From positions 116,135 through 180,134 of the IMG/VR virus record IMGVR_UViG_3300023202_000336: a stretch of DNA of 64,000 nucleotides. One strand, given 5' to 3'. The notes beneath the pieces are model-generated. The model saw nothing but the letters and a program-made list of their open reading frames with translations. It was not told where the DNA came from and did not search any database. Source of the DNA: a virus. Positions 56,922 to 64,000 of this stretch are shown one piece after another (positions within the stretch are counted from its first letter, which is position 1; every line of letters starts with the position of its first letter). The translations under genes were made by a program, and so were the position numbers.

Positions 56922-58235
56922 ATGCCATCAGATGAACTACTTTACACGCTTCAAGGTATCATGGATGAAACACTCAAGTGTGAGGAGCTCGAAGAGATCG
57001 AGAAGAAGATGCATGAGATATTTAGGATTCCAAACCCATCCGAGCTTCCTCGTCCCGGGGAGGTCGGGTCGTGGGAAATCTCAGATTGGGAGTCATTCCT
57101 CGCCCCACTCGGTTTCGTGGTAGTACGCACTGCGAAGCACGGATTCGTTTTCGGGCACCCCGAGCTCTCGAGCATCCGATCGGAGTTTTCAAAGACTCCG
57201 GGCGATGTCCGAGCAGGCAAAAATTTCGCGAGGTATCTACGTTCTACGTGTCGAACTTCGTATTCGAATATTTGCTATGCTGCGGAGATGATCGCGAAGC
57301 ATCGTGGGGATTTCTTCGAATGCTTCAGTGAAGAAGAGCGAAAACAAGAAGTGCCACTCGGCCGCATAGAATCGATGCTGGAAGAAGCAACACTCGAGGC
57401 TACGTCTAAGATAACAGAAAAAGATATCGCAAAATATGTGAGTGAAGAGGCGCTCGAGAAGACTCGCAAGAAGTACGAGCGTCTCTGGCGTCTAATAGGT
57501 AAGCTCAATGACGTCGGTATGCGTACGGATGACGTCATCAAAGATATGTCGCCTACGAGGCGTGCTCAGGAGAGGATAATTAGAATCCTTTACCAGAAAA
57601 AGGACCCCATTATCCCGGTGCCAGGCGGATTACTCGAGGAACTCGAAGACCTTCTCGAACAAGTAAGGGAAGAAGCGAAGATCGATAAAGAGCGTCGTAA
57701 GCGGGAGAAGAAGCTCAACCAGGCTATTCGTACCATCGTAAATAATCCGGAAAAGACGCTCGCCGATTACGAAGAGAGCGTACTCAGATGCCGCGCTGTA
57801 ACCGACAACATAAAGGCGTCAATTTCGGAGAAAGTAGGGCAACTGCAGCAATTGCAGGCCGAGGTTCAGAGAATATGTGAAGGGTTCGAGACTGATATCA
57901 CGCCTGACGTTCGATCCTTTGAGATTACTATCAAGGCGCTGAAATCTCAGATCGATGATAACGTTCGTCTAGACTCCGAGTTGAAGGATCTCAAGCGTCA
58001 GAACAGGGGGCTCGAGAAGAAACGAAAAACCGCAGAGCGCAATATTGATAATCTTGAGAAGTCGTTGTCGGGCGCTGTGAAGAAGGATCGCGTCGAGAAG
58101 TTCCTTAAGTTTCTTCGTGATAAGATCGATAACTTCAGCTTAGGCGATCATATGCGTGAATTCGAAGAGATCGAGAAGGAGTTACTTGAGCTTGCGGTGG
58201 ATGCTGGGATAGATTCCATCACGACCGCGGCGTAA
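56922..58235 (+). CDS. Coiled-coil protein with N-terminal HicA-like domain
   Basis: LGFVVVRTAKHGFVFGHP and KTPGDVRAGKN; GAAAGGAA RBS. Confidence 0.5.
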   Translation: MPSDELLYTLQGIMDETLKCEELEEIEKKMHEIFRIPNPSELPRPGEVGSWEISDWESFLAPLGFVVVRTAKHGFVFGHPELSSIRSEFSKTPGDVRAGKNFARYLRSTCRTSYSNICYAAEMIAKHRGDFFECFSEEERKQEVPLGRIESMLEEATLEATSKITEKDIAKYVSEEALEKTRKKYERLWRLIGKLNDVGMRTDDVIKDMSPTRRAQERIIRILYQKKDPIIPVPGGLLEELEDLLEQVREEAKIDKERRKREKKLNQAIRTIVNNPEKTLADYEESVLRCRAVTDNIKASISEKVGQLQQLQAEVQRICEGFETDITPDVRSFEITIKALKSQIDDNVRLDSELKDLKRQNRGLEKKRKTAERNIDNLEKSLSGAVKKDRVEKFLKFLRDKIDNFSLGDHMREFEEIEKELLELAVDAGIDSITTAA

Positions 58236-58328
58236 ATCACAAACAGCGAGGACTACGTAGAATGCACGCCCACCGTTTCGACTATTTTCGTTCAAGAGTT
58301 TCGTATCTGAGACTATATTCATACTTGC

Positions 58329-58745
58329 GTGGCTGGATCGTCGTGGCTGGGGCTCGGGAACATGTTGACGCTTCCTGATACCGTTACCGCGATATCCCCG
58401 GGGGTTGGCGGCCTCGTTATCCAGCCACGTAAGTATGAGGTTTATATAGCGGCCCGCGAGTTAATACCTGCGAAAGAACTTGTAAGAGGTATGATTCTGC
58501 ATAGGCTTGATACGGATTATATAATACAAATATTGCGAGTTAACGAGCCTGGCCCTATACTCTGGAGAAAGTATATCGGTGAGGATTGTACGTGGGTACC
58601 TGGTCAGGAGAGGTATGTAGCCGTGGTACAATACGAGAGGGAGATCAAGAACAAGAATATCACAGTAATAGCAAAGCTTATGGACGTAAGAGCTTGGATT
58701 AAGTCTGAGTATCCTCATGCCGTATACAATGATTCAGCTGGCTGA
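58329..58745 (+). CDS. Hypothetical protein
   Basis: ORF; start uncertain. Confidence 0.5.
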   Translation: MAGSSWLGLGNMLTLPDTVTAISPGVGGLVIQPRKYEVYIAARELIPAKELVRGMILHRLDTDYIIQILRVNEPGPILWRKYIGEDCTWVPGQERYVAVVQYEREIKNKNITVIAKLMDVRAWIKSEYPHAVYNDSAG

Positions 58746-59073
58746 GATAGCTGCCGAGTCAGTTCGTTCAAAAGCTGGATCGAGGATCCACATCAAGAGA
58801 TATCGAAAAGATATTGATGACGTGGATTCGTTTATCGACGCTGTGAAGGAGCTGACTCCTTATGTCGTGAGGATGACTTCGGTGAGGCCTCGCCGTCTGG
58901 AGGAGATTTGCGAGTTTTTCTATTTAGATAGTGGTAACAGGTTCGTAATGTCTGCGCTCGAGTGGGTTGCGAAACTGTTCTGCGAAGAAGTTACGGCAAT
59001 GAATCAGGAAAAAGGAATCCGTACCCCCGGGTTTTGGAGGTTAAAAGATGATTACTGTATATGGAGTCATTGA
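58717..59073 (+). CDS. Hypothetical protein
   Basis: 118-aa ORF. Confidence 0.5.
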   Translation: MPYTMIQLAEIAAESVRSKAGSRIHIKRYRKDIDDVDSFIDAVKELTPYVVRMTSVRPRRLEEICEFFYLDSGNRFVMSALEWVAKLFCEEVTAMNQEKGIRTPGFWRLKDDYCIWSH

Positions 59074-59275
59074 AAAAGGGCGAGCCGAACGCTTTATGTC
59101 TTTTCGTGAATTCGTGAAAGCGTGGCGCCGAAGCGTTCTCGAAAGTGACAAGCGTTTCCTTGTAGATATTATGGTTCCTACAACGAACGTGCATATAGCT
59201 AATGCAAGCGGCTACGTGAGCCCGACTTATACTAGCGGTAATTTAGAGGGTTATGGGGGTACCAATACCAGTTGA
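59048..59275 (+). CDS. Hypothetical protein
   Basis: 75-aa ORF containing FREFVKAW. Confidence 0.45.
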   Translation: MITVYGVIEKGRAERFMSFREFVKAWRRSVLESDKRFLVDIMVPTTNVHIANASGYVSPTYTSGNLEGYGGTNTS

Positions 59276-59308
59276 TACATCACCAACCTCCTGTTTAAGG
59301 AGCTTTTC

Positions 59309-59713
59309 TTGTCAGAATCACACGAACAAGAAATTGATAATCTGCCCCGGTATAACATTCATCGTGAGAACGAGGGTAGATTCGAGGCGGTGAGACTTTC
59401 GAAAGCTCGTTCCATCGTTAAACGAGCAGACAACGAGCTGGAAGCTTACAAACGTGTCGTTGCGCTTTTCGGGGAGACTCTCGAGCTGCTCGCCGCTTAT
59501 TCAGTGAGCGATGAGAACTTTGATGCGATTTCAATGAGAGCTATAGCGAGTCTAGCGTTTGTCGAGCTTACCGGTTTCGAATGTTCAGACGGGTGGACTA
59601 AAAGCGCAAGATCTAGTAAGATAAAAGAGTTATGGCATAAAGACGAAGATCTGCAAGACGGAACGGTTGGTGACGCTAGTCAACGGCCTCAGCGTTCGGA
59701 AACGAGACGGTGA
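59309..59713 (+). CDS. Hypothetical protein
   Basis: AAGGAG RBS before TTG. Confidence 0.55.
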   Translation: MSESHEQEIDNLPRYNIHRENEGRFEAVRLSKARSIVKRADNELEAYKRVVALFGETLELLAAYSVSDENFDAISMRAIASLAFVELTGFECSDGWTKSARSSKIKELWHKDEDLQDGTVGDASQRPQRSETRR

Positions 59714-59748
59714 GCGCGCGTTCACTGTTTCGACGTAGAGGGTAAGCC

Positions 59749-60312
59749 GTGGAGGAAGAGCCGATGCATATCGATGAGCTAAGTCTTAGGTCTACACAGG
59801 AGCTGGTTCACGAGCTTTCGAAGAGAGCGAGCTCCTCAGAGCGTCATGCTATGATCCTCGTAATGGGAAGGCCGCAGGAGGGCGACCCTGAGATGTCAGA
59901 AGGAAGCGTGACGATAGCCGGTCACGATCCTTCGTTGATAAGCTATTTACTTATAATGCTTATGAAGCGGTTCCAAGTGCAGGTCTCGGATGAGCGGACG
60001 ATACTCGTTCCGGTGTTCAATCTTACCGGTTTGGCGACTGACGTTCACGAACCTGAGGCAGCTTCCGATTATACAGTTGTCGCTGAAGACCGTTACGCCA
60101 CTGCTGTAGAGGCCTGCAGACCCTTCTCTACCGAGTCTCTTCACTACGGAGTACTTGAGAAGCTCCTCACAGTTACTGACGTTCTTATCGAGGCGTACAA
60201 GGCTTGCGAAGAAGAAGGGGCACTCAACTGGCAGGACATAGATGACGCTTATCATCTCTCGCTTGAGATACGGTCACTCATGAATCGATATGGTGAAAAA
60301 GAGAATGAATAG
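59749..60312 (+). CDS. Hypothetical protein
   Basis: 187-aa ORF. Confidence 0.6.
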   Translation: MEEEPMHIDELSLRSTQELVHELSKRASSSERHAMILVMGRPQEGDPEMSEGSVTIAGHDPSLISYLLIMLMKRFQVQVSDERTILVPVFNLTGLATDVHEPEAASDYTVVAEDRYATAVEACRPFSTESLHYGVLEKLLTVTDVLIEAYKACEEEGALNWQDIDDAYHLSLEIRSLMNRYGEKENE

Positions 60313-60539
60313 AATGAGGCATAGACACAGGGCTAACAAAGTTTATTACTGTTAATTCCTGAAATTTCCTAAAACGATCTAGGAGGGCGGCGAGCTATGT
60401 GCCCGGCCCCAACCCGTTCGCGATAAATTTTGAGTAGGAAAAGTGACGCTCCGTAATATATGGTTGTTCCGTTGTCAGCTTTAGACGATTTTAGGACGTT
60501 CGTCAAAAGTACGAAACAAGCAGTAGAAGGGGTCATACG

Positions 60540-60962
60540 ATGACGAGAACCAGTGAATACGATGAACGGGCGGTTAATTTCGATTGGAGGAACTGGTTTC
60601 CGGATCCAGGCGATGAAGTACGATTTCTCACAGAGGAGGAGATGAGAGACCGGTGCGGCTGCAGCAAGTACTACGATGTTACACCCGCGGCCGGCTGGGA
60701 TTATACGATGAATAGATACTTTGGACTTCACGTTATCATTGAAAGGAAAGGATCCAGTATCTACCCTGTAGAGTTTGCTCCGGCTGACGACATGGAATGC
60801 CCGTATCAGGTCTACATTTTAGTAGACGGCGAGCTTGATGAAGAGTGGACCTACTCGAAAGATATGTTCGTTCCTCTTTCGTATCTCGAAGAGGTTCGGG
60901 TATCTTTCAGGAATTTTGTTAAACAAACGGTGGATAATGTAAAAAAGGTGGACATCCGCTAG
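60540..60962 (+). CDS. Hypothetical protein (intact paralog of 61694-62123)
   Basis: FDWRNWFP, VRFLT, AGW, FVPL and SFRNFVKQT motifs. Confidence 0.65.
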   Translation: MTRTSEYDERAVNFDWRNWFPDPGDEVRFLTEEEMRDRCGCSKYYDVTPAAGWDYTMNRYFGLHVIIERKGSSIYPVEFAPADDMECPYQVYILVDGELDEEWTYSKDMFVPLSYLEEVRVSFRNFVKQTVDNVKKVDIR

Positions 60963-60987
60963 TACATAAACAGAAAGGAAATAACAG

Positions 60988-61701
60988 ATGTCGGGAAAAG
61001 TGGCAAAGCGTAAAATGGGTAAACGTTCGAAGAACGCGAAGACGGTAAGTAAGAAAGCGAAGAAAGCGAGGAGGCCGAAGGAGTCGAAGAAGAAAGCTAC
61101 AAAGAAGAGCAGTGAAAAGCGTACAGCCGGTCGCAACTCTTTAAAAAGCTCGGGGCCGAAGGCGTGGGCGCCAGATCCCACAAGCGAGGTAAACAAGGTA
61201 ATAGAGGAGGTCAATCAACTCGTACCGGACGTGATATATGTCAATATGGAGAAGCGGAGCAATGCAGTTACAAATGAAGCGATCAAAAGATATATTGGTC
61301 AGGGTTACCTCGTGTACGATAAGGATTGCGAGGGGCTAATACGGCATAGAGGCAGGTACCTCATGGTTGAGTTAAACAGCGATCTCGCGGACAACCCGTT
61401 GGATGAGCACGCTATAGTTACTGATATTATGGGCCACGTTACCGAGCACCAACTACATAGCCTAGTTTTTAGCCAGTTTTTTGCGCGTAAAGTCTGGTCG
61501 ACATTGGACGAACTTTCTCTTGATAGTTATTTAGGCTCGATCAATGACGGCGCCGTGGAGCTTCATGTAAATCAGAAAACTGTGCATTTTGCTTGTAGTA
61601 CATATAAGCTTGGCGAAGTCGAAACGGTAGCTGTCGAGCTTCTCAAACGTCTTGGGTACTCGGTACAGCTCGGTAAAAACGAGGAGGGATACAGTGACTG
61701 A
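60988..61701 (+). CDS. Hypothetical protein with Lys-rich N-terminus
   Basis: GAAAGGAA RBS, 237 aa. Confidence 0.65.
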   Translation: MSGKVAKRKMGKRSKNAKTVSKKAKKARRPKESKKKATKKSSEKRTAGRNSLKSSGPKAWAPDPTSEVNKVIEEVNQLVPDVIYVNMEKRSNAVTNEAIKRYIGQGYLVYDKDCEGLIRHRGRYLMVELNSDLADNPLDEHAIVTDIMGHVTEHQLHSLVFSQFFARKVWSTLDELSLDSYLGSINDGAVELHVNQKTVHFACSTYKLGEVETVAVELLKRLGYSVQLGKNEEGYSD

Positions 61702-62123
61702 CGGGTCGGTTGATCCTTTGTCGTATAGTCAAATAGCCGTCGACTTCGAGTGGAAAGATTGGCTGCCCGAGATGGGTAGTCGAGTGAGGTTTCTTACCAG
61801 AAACGAAATGTTTGCTAAATTCGGGGGCGGTCTTAATGGCGCCCCTAATCCCCCCCGCCGGTTGGAGTAATACCCTGCACTTCCTTTTCGGAAGAGCGGT
61901 TACGGTGCGGAGTTTGCATACTACTCTGGACCCCGTCGTTCATATACTGGATTTTCAGGAGCGGAGTTGGTTTTCTCTTGAGCATGACGGCAGTGTTGTT
62001 TCGGCGTGGAACTTTTGTAAAGGGTGTTTCGTTCCGCTTAACCTCTCTTTTAGGTCTTTCGTCAAGCAGACGATAGAAAGGACCAATAAGGCATGGGAAA
62101 GCAAGGCCCCCGCCGACATATGA
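61694..62123 (+). pseudogene. Paralog of 60540-60962 frameshifted at a C7 run (61850-61856)
   Basis: Deleting one C joins NPP to AGW and restores colinearity with the paralog. Confidence 0.8.
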
Positions 62124-62596
62124 GTATAGATATCGGTGATATAGAAGCCGTTTTGGACGACCGCGAGAAGTTAGAAAAAGAAAGAGATCACTATCGAGAA
62201 CTTGTGCACAGTTCAAGGGTTATGAGTAGTTTTACAGAGCGGCCCTGGCTCGAGCCGGATGACTCAGGGGCGAAGTTCAAAGTGGTGCGATCTTTCGAGT
62301 ACCACATCGATCATCTCGGAAGCGGAAACGTAATACGAGTACCAGCGGGATTCATAACTGATCTCGCGAGTATACCTCGTGCGGCGCGATCTATTATTCC
62401 ACGGCTTGGGAAGCATCTACAGGCAGCGATCGTTCACGATTTTCTCTACAAGACAAAGAGCGTCTCGCGTAAGAAGGCAGATGATATATTTCTCGAAGCG
62501 ATGGAAGTTTTAGGGGTACCGGTATGGAAACGGTACTCGATGTATTACTCTGTTCGTATGTTCGGATGGCTTGCCTGGAAGCACGGGGAACCATGA
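62120..62596 (+). CDS. DUF1353-family protein
   Basis: VPAGFITDLASIPR, AAIVHDFLY, ADDIFLEAM. Confidence 0.85.
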   Translation: MSIDIGDIEAVLDDREKLEKERDHYRELVHSSRVMSSFTERPWLEPDDSGAKFKVVRSFEYHIDHLGSGNVIRVPAGFITDLASIPRAARSIIPRLGKHLQAAIVHDFLYKTKSVSRKKADDIFLEAMEVLGVPVWKRYSMYYSVRMFGWLAWKHGEP

Positions 62597-62888
62597 CAAT
62601 GCTCGCTCAGGAGCTCCGTGTATGAGGTGAAGTACCGCGTTGCTTCGCGGCGAGACAGCGAAGCTTAACTCTTAACTCTTAACCGAGAGGAACGAAATGA
62701 ATCGGTATAGCATATTTGACCGCTTCGTTATAGCCAGTTTACTAGGGGGATTCCTAACATTAGTTATCGCAGGTAGGTATGACTTGGCTAATTCTAATAT
62801 TCTGCTGGTTATTGCTTACGCAATACTATTCAGAGAGGACCCCGAGTGAAGCCATTACGCAGTACACTTACTCCTGAAAGGAGGCCAA

Positions 62889-63416
62889 ATGGTTGAACAG
62901 AAATTTCACCACGGAGATGTGGTAAAACTCGTAGACGAATTCCCGTCCTACATGAACCACTTTGACGGTGCTGGCGAAGAGGCGATCGTCATTGGAAGCT
63001 ACGAAGATCAATATGGAGGAAGAGGGGGCTACGGTGAGCCTGATTACACCCTTCTATTGCGGGACGGGTCAACACATTCCTGGTACCAGGAGTCACTGAT
63101 GACCTACGTCAGGCACGGCGAGGAACTGATAGATCAGTGGAAGAAAGAGAGAGAAGAACGCGAGCAGAAGTACAGGGATATTGATTGGATTCTCGAGAAC
63201 TGGGCCGATATAGCAGAGACCACGCCGGGGGTCGTGATCGATACCCTCAGCAAATTCGTCGGTGCCGGTAATATGTGGGGATCTCACGGAGAGGCGTTTA
63301 CCTATTATCAAAACGCTCTGGCGCTTCGTGGATTGTTGAATGAGGCACTACATACCGGGGACAAGGAAATCTTTCTTGCTCGGTGTGAAGAGGTGAAAAC
63401 CGAATACGTGAGATAG
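62889..63416 (+). CDS. Hypothetical protein
   Basis: GAAAGGAGG RBS, 175 aa. Confidence 0.65.
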   Translation: MVEQKFHHGDVVKLVDEFPSYMNHFDGAGEEAIVIGSYEDQYGGRGGYGEPDYTLLLRDGSTHSWYQESLMTYVRHGEELIDQWKKEREEREQKYRDIDWILENWADIAETTPGVVIDTLSKFVGAGNMWGSHGEAFTYYQNALALRGLLNEALHTGDKEIFLARCEEVKTEYVR

Positions 63417-63499
63417 CTTCGACAATGTCCGCTCAGAGGCTTCGTATTTCAGACTCGTATCTGAGACTACAATGCGCTGATCCTACGTTGAAGCTCTCC

Positions 63500-64000
63500 G
63501 TGGGACGACCTGAAGGAGTACCGCGATGAAACTTGATTTGGGAGAGAGGCGGGACCTGCTGGACAACCTGCCCAGCCTGCAGGTCAGCCTGCGGGACAGC
63601 CTGCAGGACGACCTGCGGGACAACCTGTGGGACAACCTGTGGGCCAGCCTGTGGCACGGCCTGCGGGCCAGCCTGTGGGACAACCTGCGGGACGACCTGA
63701 AGGAGTACCGCGATGAAACTTGATTTGGGCGAGAAGCGAGGCCTGCGGGACAGCCCGTTAGCCAGCCCGTGGGCCAGCCTGTTGCACGGCCTGCGGGCCA
63801 GCCTGTGGGACAACCTGTGGGACGACCTGCGGGACAGCCTGCAGGACGACCTGCGGGACAACCTGTGGGACAACCTGTGGGCCAGCCTGTGGCACGGCCT
63901 GCGGGCCAGCCTGTGGGACAACCTGTGGGACGACCTGAAGGAGTACCGCGATGAAACTTGATCTGGGCGAGAAGCGAAGCCTGCGGGACAGCCCGTTAGC
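63500..64000 (+). repeat. Tandem array of coupled small ORFs built from 12-nt (LxDx) repeats; runs off the window
   Basis: Starts at 63526, 63713 and 63951, each after GAAGGAG and overlapping the previous stop in GATGAAACTTGA. Confidence 0.88.

Noticed and set aside
1-64000. tRNA/rRNA genes and alternative genetic code
   Set aside because: No cloverleaf or rRNA-like segment recognised by eye (tRNAscan-SE not run); conserved genes are full length in code 11

Overview
A 64-kb segment of a large dsDNA (probably jumbo) bacteriophage genome, with almost all genes on the + strand; the host cannot be determined. It contains a terminase large subunit (- strand), a Fic protein, and a continuous replication/recombination block (SbcD/Mre11, SbcC/Rad50, SF2 helicase, DnaB-like helicase, primase, family A DNA polymerase with a UDG-like N-terminus, probable SSB, RecA/UvsX-like recombinase, RusA-RuvB-RuvA). 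An accessory region follows (vWA, HAD nucleotidase, two AAA ATPases, HD protein, RNA ligase, TrmH methylase, MazG-like, HIRAN, DUF1353). The main finding is two apparently complete ubiquitin-like conjugation modules (E2-like, JAB, E1/ThiF, Ubl; and triple-Ubl, E2-zinc finger, JAB, E1/ThiF) interleaved with the sbcD and sbcC genes. Non-coding features include a 31-bp motif dispersed in about 17 co-oriented copies only in accessory regions, two integron attC-like sites around a TrmH cassette, two TnpB elements plus an orphan right end sharing a covarying hairpin, a candidate origin/control region, a C7 frameshift and a tandem array of repeat ORFs. No tRNA, rRNA or cas genes were recognised. All calls come from manual motif reading; no database searches were run.
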